From assembly GCA_038496445.1 (NCBI GenBank), contig JALMLS010000577.1:434001-498000 (forward strand): DNA of 64,000 nt, read 5' to 3'. This DNA is from Trichosphaerium sp. ATCC 40318. Its lineage: Eukaryota > Protista > Tubulinea. The position numbers were made by a program, and so were the translations under genes. Positions 29,685-42,749 of the stretch are shown piece by piece. How positions within the stretch are numbered: position 1 is the first letter of the stretch; each line of letters starts with the position of its first letter. The notes under the pieces are model-generated. The model searched no databases. It saw only the letters and a program-made list of their open reading frames with translations, and was not told where the DNA came from.

Positions 29685-31749
29685 ATGGCAGAGCAAGCAC
29701 CTCCTACGCTTTACTGGAATCCTTTCTCTAACAACGCAAGAATTGTACACTATGCAGCATTAGAAATGAAAGTACCAATAAATCTTCAGGTACATGTTAT
29801 TAAGTTGTTAAACTATTTACTAAACAATCACGTGGTAGTTAGTGGATCTCCAAAAAGGAGAACATAGGAAACCTGATTTTCTCAAAATTAATCCAAAAGG
29901 GCAAGTACCGGGTTTAAAGCATGGTGACGTAACATGTTTCGATGGTTCGGCTATCATCAGGTACGCTACAGAGAAGTTAAAAGTAGTATTTGACGAAAAA
30001 CAAAATTAGGTATCTAGCGTTTACAACAAAATCCGATTTCTACCCTTACCATGATCCTGAGCGTGTAGCTTTGGTAATGCGCCCATATTAGCGATGTAAG
30101 TCTTACGGTTTTATACAGATAGACTCATTATACACCTCTATTCGCGGAGACGTTTACAATTCTTTGCAAACACGTGTTGTTAAAGCGTTAATTGCTCCTG
30201 TATTTTTTGGAGCACCGCCAGATCCAGAAGGTGTAGCCGCTTCAACGGAGAAAGCCAACAAGGAGGTACGCAACCCGAAGAACCTTCATTCTATTATTTG
30301 TAAGAAGCTAAAAGCACCGAAAAAATGCAAAACGATTTCGGTTTTGGGAAATTGTCATTAGAAAACTTCAAGAACTTTTCTTACGCTGCTCGGCACCACT
30401 TTTTATTAGTTACCCTACCCATTACATCTATAGCATTGTACTTGTCAAAGTTAGTATACTTATATTGTTGTAGCTTCAGTTTTACAATGACACGTTCTTC
30501 AAAGATTCTGACTACATTGTTGGAAAAACGTTTTCTTTGGCAGATGTAGCACTAGTTATTGCTATTATCCACGCAGAATTTTGCACTAAATACGCTATAC
30601 CAGGTATGTTTTACCGCAGTTGCGGTTCTTATAATAATGATTTTCAAAATAGACACGTGTCCTAAAGTGAAAAAACTTGTTGAAACAGCAAAGGCAACAC
30701 CGAATTTCAACACAGTTCACGGGCAGTTTTTGCAAATATTGCAATCCTTTGCAAGCCAAAAGAAAGGTAATACAGATAAATACGCTTTTTAGACATGTGC
30801 GCAATTGATTGAAGAAATAGAATCGCCAAAAGAACCTAAGACAGCCGAAGAAGGAAAAAAGCAAGAAAAATCTGGGAATAAAGGAGCCCATATCACTGCA
30901 CGTTCTTTTCGCTGTGAATAGTCTTTTAATTTATTGTAGTTGTACCATATTGTCCCTGCCAGATCAACACGTGTTCTATGGCTTGCTTATGAACTTGGTC
31001 TTGAAGACATAAACGTCAAGGTGATGAAATGGAAAGATATTAAAAAGGCAAGTTGTTTCATCAAACATTGCAATGTTCTAACTTTGCATCTTACAGCCTG
31101 AGTACTTAAAGATTAATCCCAACGGAGTTATCCCCGGTATGAAAGTCAATGGCACTAATCTATGGGAAGCGGGTGCAATGATAAATTACTTGTTGAAAGA
31201 GAATCCGGATACATCTCTCATCCCAAAGAATTGGACTTTAGAAAACTGGTTAACTCATTATGTACCTAATGTGAGAAACTGTTAACGTCCTAAATTTGTT
31301 GTAGAAATATGAGTGGTGGTGCATAGCAACTCTTGATGGAAGGCTAGTATCAAAGTTGTTTGGTACAGGAGCGATTGGAAATGCTCTAGGCGGAACAGCA
31401 AAAAAATTGTATGAACAAAAAGTACTATTCGACAACTTACTTTTGTTTTTAGGTTTAACAAGTTGCTAAACGATGTTGTTATTCAAGACCTCGGTAAAAA
31501 CGAATACATAAACGGACCAGAATTTACAATCACGGATATCTATATCGGATACACCTTAGGCATTGCAAACATTTTGAAGGTACAGACTTCCCTAAAAAAT
31601 TAAACTGTTTTTGTCAGTGTGCAGTTAGAACACGTGATTAATATGTTAAATAGATTGTTCCAGATGGTCCAATTTTAGACTACTTCAAGCGCATTTCTTC
31701 GCGTCCACACTGGAAACACGTATTCGCAGACTTCAATAAGAATAAATAA
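29685..31749 (+). CDS. Tandem two-unit glutathione S-transferase
   Basis: Unit 1: LYWNPFSNNAR...GEHRKPDFLKINPKGQVPG...DGSAIIRYL; charged linker; unit 2: LYHIVPARSTRVLW...PEYLKINPNGVIPG...EAGAMINYL...FTITDIYIG. Confidence 0.88.
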
Positions 31750-32341
31750 AGTTTTAGATTTGAGATAACTTGTTGTTTGATAAGTGCTGTTCCAAGTGGT
31801 GTTTCCAATCACTTCCCATTTTAATCTTCTGTAACTGCGCAGTTTTCTTCAGAGAGCCGATATGAATGGCAGAGAATGTGTTAAAGTCATCGTTGCAGTT
31901 TTCTACGGGTATTCTACATCCCGTTTTTAAACAAGCTCCCTACTTTGGAGCACTGATTTCCGAAAAACTGGAAAATTACAGCAAATGTTAACAAGCTTCA
32001 GGAGCATCTACAGTGTAATATTTTGTATGTTTACTTTCTCAAACTGACGCATCATGAGCAAGCGCTCAAGGAGACTATGCCGATACTTTCCTTATTAGGC
32101 AGTTCTTGGTCCTTTTTAGTAAATAATTTTTTTCACGCTTACAACATAATTTTACGCTTTCACACTCCATGCTCTCATTTAACAGTACGTTTTAAAGCCA
32201 ATAAGCCTGTGTGGAAAGCTTACGTAATCTAGCTAACGGGAAATATACAGAAAAACACACCTCCAGTGAACGCCACTTAATTCAACTCGCTTGTTGTGTT
32301 TTCGAGGCAAACAAACAGTATAGCATCTTAAACGACAAGCT

Positions 32342-33564
32342 ATGATAACAACCAATATAGTAGCGCGCAAAGTAACTCAAATGTGTTCTCACAAGCTGAT
32401 ATTAGTCGAGGATATACCACCAGAGACGTTTACGCATGTTTTAAGTTATTTAAACAAACCACAACGTATCAAAGCAACTACAGTTTGTCACGCTTTTAAT
32501 GACATTATTCGTCATAACATTGGCTTTGATACCATTCGTATAACAGAATCATCAGATTGTCGTGTTCTCAAGGGTAGCCCGTTGCTGAAAAACACCAAAA
32601 TTAGGCTTCTTTACTCGTTTACAACGAGCATCACACTGTCACCGACTGAGATGGGTTATCTTTGTGGTGTTCACACTATACACATGGATGAAGCGGTTAT
32701 CGACGATGAAGGCATTCTGTCACTTGTGAACGGAGGACACAGTATCCACAGTATCAGCATAGCAAACACAGATATAACAGATGTGTCTTTAAAGGCACTC
32801 AAGTCTGTCCATACGATCAATATCATAGGTTGTAATAATATCACTGTTGAAGGGATTAAAGCTCTTAAAGATGTACATCATATTATGCTTGGTATGCCGA
32901 AGTCTGGATGGTTTGAATACCTTGGTAGCATACACACAGTTCGTATAGTACAGGATCTCTTAGTTCCAGGTTGGAATACTCTTGGGTCAGCTCTTAAAGA
33001 GGCTCAACTCAACTCATTAATCAATACCAAACATTTGATCTTGGCGTACCTGCAAATAGCTCTCAAGACGTTTCGATACAATTAACCAACCTTGAGTACC
33101 TTGAAATACGTTCTGGGACAGTTTCAGACTTATTTTTTAAGAACTTGGTGAATCTCAAGCGACTCAAAGTTGATGACTGTCGTCTTATCACAGGTTCTTG
33201 TTTTGAGTATTTGGTAAACCTTAAACAAGTTACACTCCGATACGTCAAAAACTGCAGTTTACAGCACTTCATTAATGTTAGCAACCTTAGCATTGATTGC
33301 TGCTATATAGAAGAGATTGACTTTCAGTACTTGGCCAATTTGAAGCAACTCTCTATATCACGTTGCAAAACAATTGAAGGATCAGGTTTAAAGTACTTGG
33401 TTAACCTAGAGTACCTTAAAATTAAAAAGTGTGATGCGATTGGTACTGGATATTTGAAGTATTTGACTTCTCTCCAGTACTTAGAGGTTGATTCATTGAA
33501 AGCTATAGAAATCAAGAAAGAGTTTGATCAAATGGATTTCATTTTACATGTATCAGACACGTAA
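32342..33564 (+). CDS. Intronless F-box + LRR protein, split by a frameshift near 33080
   Basis: IPPETFTHVLSYL (F-box); LRR units (FEYLVNLKQ, LKYLVNLEYL); the repeat register continues in the -1 frame (FRY / LTNLEYL). Confidence 0.75.
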
Positions 33565-34076
33565 TGCTTCGTAGATAGATACATATGTTGTATCTTTACA
33601 ATAAAACATTTGTTGCACTTTTATCGTAAACGTATGTCTAGCAGCCTTAGTTCGCAATGGCTTTCTCGTTTCTATCAACAAATGATTGATGCTACCTTAC
33701 TAACAGTCAATCAACTTCGCAAATGTTACCCTAGGTGAGAACTATAACAAGCAACTTTATGTATGACTTAGTTACACAACGTGCAATGTTGCAATGACCT
33801 AAAAATTCGTTTCATTCACTGACAGTGGCAGTGCCGTGTAAAATTGCTAACACTGCAGAAAGTAAAATGCTAAGCAATTCTCAAAAGCAAAGCATACACT
33901 ACTAGTTTTCTTAAATTTAGTAACTATGCTCTGGTGTATGTTCTTGGTTTTTAGAAAAACAAACACCAGTTATTGTATGAAATACCACAATCTATCGTTG
34001 TAAGGAAGCAGTTATATTAAGTGTACAAATATACAAAAAACTGCTACAGATTGTTTTTTCAAAGAACCAAAAAATA

Positions 34077-35686
34077 TCATGCAGGTGGTGGAGGTGGTGG
34101 TGCTCTACTAGGCGGTCGTTTAGGGGAAACTTTTACTTCCTCTTCTAACAGCTCATCCCTTTCTTCTAATATAATAATTAATTGAAGGTTCACATGTACG
34201 AAGTTGTAGACTAACCTTCATCTTCATCTTCTTTATCTTCAGAATATGAAGAACCAAAAGGATCTTCCCTTTCTAAGTCAGGCAGTGGTACATTAACAGC
34301 TTCAGGATCAAGATCTTTTTCAAGTGTCCTTAGTGTTTCTATTATTACATTGAAGTCTGGTCTATCCTCAGGTTTGCCCTATGAATCATTAAATCAGTAA
34401 AGTAGTGGAAGTTCTTTTTTTATGCTACGCCGACGACAAGTCAAGATCAGTAGTTGGAGTGACAATACGTGATGTTATAAAAGAGGAAAACCATAATCAC
34501 TATGTATCAGGTGACCAAAAAACTACCAAACGTACTTGTACACATTGTAAGCAAAGAGACCTGAAAGATTCAGGGAAAGCTGCACTCTCATTCAATTGAG
34601 TTTCAATCTCGCTTAAATTATACTCCCACTTATCCTTTGGGTGACGAACAGGTGGCGTTTTACCTACAATAATAGAGAATATAATAGCACCAAACCTATA
34701 TCAAGTTAGAAATAGTGAAAATACAGAAATATTTCTTTTACCCAAATACATCACACTTTGCATTGTATGGTTGTAACGTATGAACCTCCGGTGCCATCTT
34801 AATGAACATAAGATTTAATACATAGAAATTCTCCTAAGAGTACCCATTTTTCAGTTCCAGCACGTGTTAACCTCCTACGTTTGCGAACACCATCGCCTTC
34901 TAATTTTTTCGCAAAGCCAAAATCACAAACTAATAAGGACGTATTACACTCAATGTTATATGTACTAGTATCTAGCCATATTACGTACCTTTGCAATGGT
35001 ATGTGTAATAATTAATCAATAAGTTCTCGGGTTTCCTTTGAGAGACATTAAAAATCAATAAAAAAAACGTGATATAATAAAGAAAAACACGTGCAAGTCT
35101 CGATGTAAATATCCTCTACAATGTAAGTAATTTGTTGCCTTTGCTGCACCTAAAGATATACGTAATCCTTGCATAGGCCTAAGAATGTATAAGAAGAACT
35201 AACTCCAATACATAACAAAAGAAACCGCGAAAAACGGAAAAAGAAAGTCGCGAAAATTGAAAAAAAAATGAGTTTTTTACGTACGACAAGGTTTGTTTCT
35301 TTAAAATAAAGTGTAGGTTGCCTCCATTAACATATTCTGTTACGATATACACATCGCTACCTTTTTGGGCCAATCCCATGAATAAACAGATATTTGGATG
35401 TCTTATTGTCCTACGGAGGTATTAAACTGTATATTAACGCGTATTTCATCTACATTATGGTTGATATCTCCCTTTGAAGCAATTGTTGTATAAAACGGTT
35501 GTCTGTGCTTAAAATCTTCTTTACAGCGATATCTGTACCATATATTTGTGCTTTGAACACATCAGAGAAGTTGCCTTGTCCTACTTGCTCCTTCATCACA
35601 ATGTCATCAAAATTTAACGACCAAGAAGGCTTTGTAGCAAGCGTAGAAGAATCATACTCAAAGATTCCGTCAGCTTTATCACTCAT
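34077..35686 (-). CDS. TKL-group (LISK/TESK-like) protein kinase with an acidic, Pro-rich tail
   Basis: VGQGNFSDV, IAVKK, HPNICLFMG, HRDLKPEN (across a GC-AG intron), CDFGFAK, AGTEKWMAPEV, ends PPPPPA*. Confidence 0.88.
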
Positions 35687-36073
35687 TTCGGTACAGTAGG
35701 AATGACACTTAATCAAACAACGCAACTTTCAATGAACTACTTTCATACAGTACAAAACCAGCTCTTGTTACCCCTAAGCCACCACCGCTTTTGCGGCTAA
35801 ACACTGTATACTCGAGGACCAAAGTAATGAACTTTAACTGACCTTAAAGTGTGATTTTTGACGTACAAACGTACTTCAAATAAACCGTTTTAAAATCGAA
35901 CGTGGCAGCACCTCCTGTCATCCCTTCCAGTGCATTTAGCGCCTTACTATCTCATATTCAACAATACTGTATTGTAAAGCGATAAATGCAGGGTGAGGGA
36001 TAACTTGAGATGCTCGAGATTCAACTGAATTCAATTTCGCTTTCAATCGCCTCAATCATCAACAACATACAGA

Positions 36074-36383
36074 ATGTCTGCGTTACCTCCAAATTTGTGC
36101 ATGTTATACAGAGGATTGCTACGAAGAGTCGAAAAGTATCCTAGTCGCAACAGGGATAGCATACGCACCGAAATACGCACAGGTAAGAGGTTTTAACTAC
36201 GTAACTTTCAAATACGACTAACAAGTTGCCTTGTTAGCCTTTAGGAGTAACGTTAAGCTCAATGACGAAGTTAAAATCAAAAAAGAGATATTAGAAGCAC
36301 AAACAGCGTTTCGTGAGATGGACAAATTTTACCGCCTTGATCCTAATGAAACTAACTACTCCTTCACCATGGGAGGCCAATAA
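36074..36383 (+). CDS. LYR-motif mitochondrial protein (one intron)
   Basis: MLYRGLLRRVEKYPSRNRDSIRTEIRT|AFRSN...; intron 36183-36237; missed by the ORF track. Confidence 0.8.
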
Positions 36384-36556
36384 AATCATAAACTGTAATT
36401 TTAAAAATGTAACGCCAAAAAAACGTACCAATATATACAAAGAACTTATATACTAGCAACGGTGAACTAATTTTGTTGTGTGTTGTATTTCTACGGTTTT
36501 TCCATCAGGTTTGGCTACAAGTCAACAATTTGGTCAATGCAAAACCGAGATTCATT

Positions 36557-37561
36557 ATGAGTGACGCCGCTATTCCAGTTTTTAACGCATCAAAGAAGAA
36601 GAAGAAAAAAAAGGGAGGAAAGAAAAAGAAAGCAGCCCTTGAGAGTTTTGTTGCAGAACCAGATGTAGATTATAATATACCAACAATAGAATCTATTGAA
36701 ACAGACGCATGGCTAAAAGACGGCAAGCGCAATTTTTTACTCTTAATTTTCACTAATTACGTTCCCAACTGCTTGTATACTAATGTATAGTAGATGCAAA
36801 GGACCCAGAGAACCTTCGCGATTACGAATACGTCGAGCTCTTAAAACGCGTATTTGACGTTATGGATCAAACTTGTACGCGTCGCAGTACCATAATTAGC
36901 TATCTAGCTCTTATAATATTTTTTATCACGCATTCGTTATCCACCTTGTATTTCTATTTCACCTTCGCTCACATTACCACAGCAACTGGTCCTGGACGAT
37001 TTACCACCAGAAAAATTGAACCACCAAAGGTTGGCCGTGTTGGTACCACACGTGTCGCTTGGGTCAATTTCCAATCAAATTGTCGTAGTCTTAACCGACC
37101 TGCTGATCATGTCATGTCTTTTGTACTTGTAGAATTGGGTACGTTATCAAACATAATTATTCTATCAGCGTAAAAAAAAAAATACAAACATACACAGTGG
37201 CTTGTGCTACGCGTGTAGACAGATAGTTGCAGTTTTTAAACGGAAATAGATTAATTATTTAAACCTTCTGACACTCGTATAAGGTACCACTGGTTCCATG
37301 AATCAAGAGAACGGTCAGTTGATTATTCGTGGACGTTTCAGACCAAACAAATTAGAGAATCTACTCAAGAGTTATATTCGTATTTACGTAACGTGTAACA
37401 CCTGCTCTAGCCCTAACACGGCCCTCAACAAAGAAAACAGGATCACATTTAAAGTATGTCAAGATTGTGGCGCTACAAGTTCTGTAGCTACCGTACGCGC
37501 TGGTTTCCAAGCCGTCGGCAGAGGAGAAAGGCGTGCAGCGAGAAACGTCATTGTTCAATAA
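36557..37561 (+). CDS. EIF2S2: Translation initiation factor eIF2 subunit beta
   Basis: Poly-Lys boxes, DYEYVELLKRVF, NRPADHVMSFVLVELGTTGS, YIRIYVTCNTC...CQDCGA zinc ribbon. Confidence 0.95.
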
Positions 37562-37874
37562 TAATTTTTATGATTGTAAGACAACAAAAACGTATTGGTA
37601 TGCTTTATTATCGCAAACAGCAAGCTATTTAAGCGTCTTGTCAGTCTTTTGCTTTGTTTCAATGACAACGAGAGAAAAACACGAAACTTGCCATGCACTG
37701 AATTAACTCCAAGGTCTATTAATGTCTAGAATAACTCATGGCGAGTATGGGAGTATTTGTGATTAGTAGGGTAAAGTCGTTTGAGAGCCAAAAACGCCGT
37801 CGCAATGCTTTTTCGTCTGGCGAAATTCACTCTTTTTCAATAGTTATCAAATACACTCCAACCGCTTTACAATA

Positions 37875-38939
37875 ATGTCTGACTTACGTATCAAATCCTA
37901 CAACGTGCCTCATCGCGAAGACGTCATACGAAACGGCTCAACATCAAATATGGCGTTTATCGTTCGCAACACACCCTTTCAAGTATCTCTGGAGTATAAT
38001 TCGAACAAAACGTTCAAAGGAAAGAAATTATCAGCCTCACTTGCTTTCGAGTCCGGCAAACTGGTGCCATCATTCGCAGATCCATGCTTAACTTATGTCA
38101 CGCATTTTTCAAGAGACTACAAAGTCGCAACAATCGATTTTCGTGTCAAAGTTCTCACAACACAACTGAAGAGTTTCTTCCGTGTGGTTATATCAACCTC
38201 ATCAAAAACCGACGGACAAGAGACCGTACAATCCGTCCTCATCAAATCTGTTTCCAAACCTGCTCAAGTTCGAAGACGTCAAGAGCTTGCATCAAACAAA
38301 TCCGGAGACAAGAAACCTAAAAAACGAGCACGAGGAGAAGACGTATTCAACGCTTTGGAAAACATCAAAGCTCAACTGGATAGACAAACTGGACTCCTAC
38401 ACAATATCCTCAACGCCAAAGGACAAAATTCACACCAACTGGACAACATAAACTCTTTCCCACCTCTACAAGACAATATGATCATTTCTCACGCTGCCGA
38501 CCTACAAGATGCTTCTTTCGAAATGTCTGTACCTCTGTTCCCACAACTCTTATCAGCACCGCCTTGCGGCGTTGATACTGAGACTGTAATCTCCGGTAAG
38601 CCTATTCCAACCCTCGAGGTTGCGTTTTCTTCAGTGCTCTGCGCTTACAATGACTTGCCGGTACAGCAGAGGCATAGCAAAATGCGAAAACTTGTGCACA
38701 ACGCGATTGGACAAGATCCTAACAAAGCAGCTCTGGTTCGAGAATTCATCTTCAATCTAAGCAGCGGTATTAGCGACGAACTTAACGAAGAAGATTCAAC
38801 GAAAACAAACTCTGAAACAGACTCTGAACAACCACCAGTACTTATAGCACCTATACTCCGCCAATGTGATAGCTCATCTTGTCCTCACAAGCGAGATCTA
38901 GAATCGATGGACAAATTCTATTCGGAGTTTCTCTCGTAA
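37875..38939 (+). CDS. CudA-like transcription factor (intronless)
   Basis: FIVRNTPFQVSL...FRVKVLTTQLKSFFRV...IKSVSKPAQV resembles the amoebozoan CudA DNA-binding domain; basic KKPKKR followed by a coiled coil. Confidence 0.65.
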   Translation: MSDLRIKSYNVPHREDVIRNGSTSNMAFIVRNTPFQVSLEYNSNKTFKGKKLSASLAFESGKLVPSFADPCLTYVTHFSRDYKVATIDFRVKVLTTQLKSFFRVVISTSSKTDGQETVQSVLIKSVSKPAQVRRRQELASNKSGDKKPKKRARGEDVFNALENIKAQLDRQTGLLHNILNAKGQNSHQLDNINSFPPLQDNMIISHAADLQDASFEMSVPLFPQLLSAPPCGVDTETVISGKPIPTLEVAFSSVLCAYNDLPVQQRHSKMRKLVHNAIGQDPNKAALVREFIFNLSSGISDELNEEDSTKTNSETDSEQPPVLIAPILRQCDSSSCPHKRDLESMDKFYSEFLS

Positions 38940-40024
38940 GAGAAAGATGTTTTGGAGTTTTGATTTCTTTGGAGCTCTTTTTGGTTGTTTGTCGGGAAGG
39001 GAGGGTTGTTATTCTTCCATATCGTATTAGCTTGCTCTTTTGAGCTGCTTTACGTGTTGCCAAACATTGTTTTGGCTTTGGAAGTAGACCAAGGTTGGTG
39101 ACTTTCTGTATTTTAGAAAACGAAGCAAAATTAAGTTATTCTTCTTGAAACTTTCACATTCTTTAAGTACCAGTACTGTTTCCTTTTTAGGCTAGCCACA
39201 TAGCGACCCTCTACCGCTATCGATTACTTGGAGATGAAATAGATTGATGTGCTTGCGATCCGCGCTTGGAAAACCTTTGAGGACAAGTAGAAAAAGGGCA
39301 CGTTCTCAACGAAACAAAGCACGCTTTTGTTTTTTTTTTTTGACGAAATCTATTTTTTGTTCGCTCAAATTCGGCTTTTTTTCTCATTTAGTAACTTTTT
39401 ATGTTTCGTGCTTTTTGTTTTAGTTTTCTACTTGTCCTCTTCATTTCATCATTTGATTATTCGAGAAAAAATAAAACTGCGTGCGATGCAATAGCACGTA
39501 GAATCGGAGGTGCGATTTTTTTTTTTTCATAATTCTTGTGTTGTCAACCAAACCCATACGTTGATGGGAGGTTTTTGCTTATTGTTTAGTTAAATATTGC
39601 GGTAATGGTGCGTTACAAAAAGAGGGTCGCTTTGATGCTGAATTACGTTCAAATGTTGCTCAATGAGCGCTCAAGTAGTTGTTGAAATTGTTTTTTTACT
39701 TGCAATCCGCGGATTGCGCGCGGTTAATATTCTCAATGAGGTACGCCCTTTTTTTTGTTTGCACCTTCTCTTTTTGACACTTGTACTAACTCATCGCTTA
39801 GGTTCACCATCCTTTGTTCGTTGCAACCATGTTCCAAAAAAACTCCCACCAACACGTGATGTAAACGCGCTGTATGCGCTATGAGTGGCCAAAAAAGTGC
39901 CAAAAAACCCACCTTAGTAGCGTTGAGTTTACCAAAAAAAAAAAAAAGAATAAAAGTACTTGAAACTGACTTAGCACTTTGTTTTTTACCGTAAGTCAGT
40001 TTGTGTTCAGTGTATTGAGCCACA

Positions 40025-40538
40025 ATGGACGTTGACGCAGTGCTTGGGCCCTCTAGAATGATGCAAGCCCTAAGACCAACTGCTGACCGACAGGTTGGCC
40101 GCGCTAGAGAATCGTACGCTACTGCTGAGCATGTAGCAAACGCAACTGATTTGTACGTTGTACTATGAAACCTACGTTAACGATATTTAGATGTATTCGC
40201 AAGTGTGGACCGCGAGGTGCGTTTTTAAATGATTTTGACACTGAAACGTAAATTCAGCACTACAATCGCATTGCTTATCATCGTAACGCTGGTTGCGATA
40301 GTTTTTGTGTCATTTTATTGCTTATACACTAGAAGGTAACTATTTCCCTCCAATGTCGTCTATAGTGAAGGGAGGATATGAAACCGACGAAAAGAGACAG
40401 TGTATTTACGATTGTGGAAAGTATTTCTTTGCGACCCAAAAACAGACTCTAGACACCTACTTGGAAACACAACCGCGTTTTGATGTAGTACAAACACCTG
40501 TAGAGGAAGAAGACGATGATGACTGGTTGTTTTTGTAG
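40025..40538 (+). CDS. Small twin-CX3C protein (Tim10/DDP-like)
   Basis: Spliced: ...ATDL-CIRKC-GPREG...EKRQ-CIYDC-GKYFF; two GT-AG introns. Confidence 0.55.
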
Positions 40539-41516
40539 AATACGCCTCAAAACTTCTAGAATCACGTCACATACGCTCAAGGCGTTGTGCGTCAACGTAA
40601 ACCTTCTGTCAAATGTAAAATATAGAACTGTCAATACTAGTACGTTTTTCACGTTTCTTTTGGTTCCGCTGGTATTTGTTCGTATGTGTGATGATACAGG
40701 TAACAGTTTACTTGGCACATAAAGCAGCTTGTCATTTATTAACTGATTTAGAAAGAAATAAAACCTTTTTTTGTTATCTTCCTACTTACTTGTCGTAAAG
40801 CGCAAACTTAGCGTGTCACTTGTAACCCTTACCTAGAAAACTCCACTAGGCCATGACTCGCAAACAATCACGGACCCTATGGCGAGAGCATCACGTGTTA
40901 CTGTTAGGTAAAGTCTTTTATGAATACTTGAAAACCTCTAAAAACGTTCGTAGTTTGAATACGATGCTTGCATAATTTGACACATTTAGGTGGGCTCTTG
41001 CACTTTAGTAGTTAGCCACATTTATGCAATACAAGAATATCTTTACAATGCATTTACAATCGTCAAATTACAGAGCAACATCTTCTCAGATCATAACTAG
41101 TTTTCTTGGCTGTTTTTTGGTTTTTCAAAATGGCGTAAAATCTTCGTAGCCTATGAAAGTCACTTGACTTTGCGACTGTATTAACTACACGTCATAGTGG
41201 TGTTTGATAATCTGATTATTTTTACGATAAGGTAAGCTCTTTTTTTACCTTTAAAAACTACGTACAGTACTTTTATACTACATACAAACTCTACCATTTT
41301 CTCCGCGTTTTTTTCGTCTTTTTCTGCTTACTTTGGTACTATAAAATAGTTCTCTCTCGCGCCTTTTTATTACTCTATCACCCAAGGGAGATAAGTGCAG
41401 CTCATATCAACTCCGGAAAACTCAGAATTTTACAAAAAAGTAAATTTCCTAACTTCCGCAACACCTTCGTTAGAACGTAACCTTATCTTTCGTTACAGCG
41501 TAATATATCAAGAAGG

Positions 41517-42461
41517 ATGGCAATCAATAGACCGGAAGAGTATTATCATATTCAAAACAACCCTCTGTCCCTTCTATGGGATATCCCCGTTGAAATACAA
41601 CTTGTTATTATCGACTTTGATTATACACTCTATTCAGTATGGCCGCTTATTTCAAAACGAGCCGCGATTACCTCAAGGTTCGATAGACAATTAAGAAAAC
41701 ACGGTAGATGGATAAGGATGTATAATAACGGTAATGTGATGGTACGTTGTTACTTCAGAAACGGTTTAAAACACGGAAGATATCAAAAATTCGAGAGTCA
41801 AAACGGAGGTTTGATCAAAGATGTTGTTTATTCTAAAGGCAAGAAAGAAGGCGTTTGTAGGCTCTGGAACGACAATGGTCTATTAGTAGAGGTTAGTGAT
41901 TACCTTGAAGGTAACCTTCATGGTGATTATCGACGTTGGGATGACAACGGTCAGTTGAGAACTCATACTTCTTATTCCGAAGGAAAACAGGAAGGTACTC
42001 GTACTTGTTGGTTCAGCGGAGGCCAATTATTGTCTCGAAGCGTCTACTATAATGATAAGCTAAGAGGGCTTTATAATCGTTGGGAAGTTAACGGACAATT
42101 AGTCGAACATGGTTATTATGTTGATGGTAAGCTTGAAGGAAGTTACAAATGTTGGGACTCAACTGGTTTGATTATCGAACATAGTCATTACTTACGTGGT
42201 AAGCTTGACGGGTCTTATAAGCGTTGGACTGAGACTGGTCAGCTTTATCTACATAACCATTACGTTAACGAGAAACGAGAAGGAGAGGAAAAGTATTGGT
42301 ATAAGTATAATGGCAGATTATGGATACATTGTTATTATGTCAATGATAAAAGACAAGGAGAGTATAAGTGTTATCATGATAGTGGTAAAGTTCTTGAGCA
42401 TTTTATCTATAACCAGGGCGTAATAAGAGTAAACATGTTATCCAGGGAAAAATCTAAATGA
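41517..42461 (+). CDS. Intronless F-box-like + MORN-variant (YwqK-like) repeat protein
   Basis: LWDIPVEIQLVIIDF N-terminus; about ten 24-aa repeats G..K.W..NGQL....Y..GK. Confidence 0.85.
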   Translation: MAINRPEEYYHIQNNPLSLLWDIPVEIQLVIIDFDYTLYSVWPLISKRAAITSRFDRQLRKHGRWIRMYNNGNVMVRCYFRNGLKHGRYQKFESQNGGLIKDVVYSKGKKEGVCRLWNDNGLLVEVSDYLEGNLHGDYRRWDDNGQLRTHTSYSEGKQEGTRTCWFSGGQLLSRSVYYNDKLRGLYNRWEVNGQLVEHGYYVDGKLEGSYKCWDSTGLIIEHSHYLRGKLDGSYKRWTETGQLYLHNHYVNEKREGEEKYWYKYNGRLWIHCYYVNDKRQGEYKCYHDSGKVLEHFIYNQGVIRVNMLSREKSK

Positions 42462-42749
42462 GATTTCTCACTCATAAAGGTTGCCTTAGCGCTCGACGGC
42501 CTCGAACAAAGTTTATGTTTAGAAAATAAAAAATGTTGTTTTTTTTTGTTTGTATTCCAAAATACTACGTTAGTGGATAGTCTGATCATATGTCAACCTG
42601 TGATTACATAAAGCTACTAGTTTTAGTATGTTCTACGGCACTATTTCGCATTTTTACTTTGTTGTAATGGCGGTAACTTATATTAAATATTCAGTTAACC
42701 AAGTTAAGCAACATACGTACTCCACATTACCGTTACACTATTCTTACAA

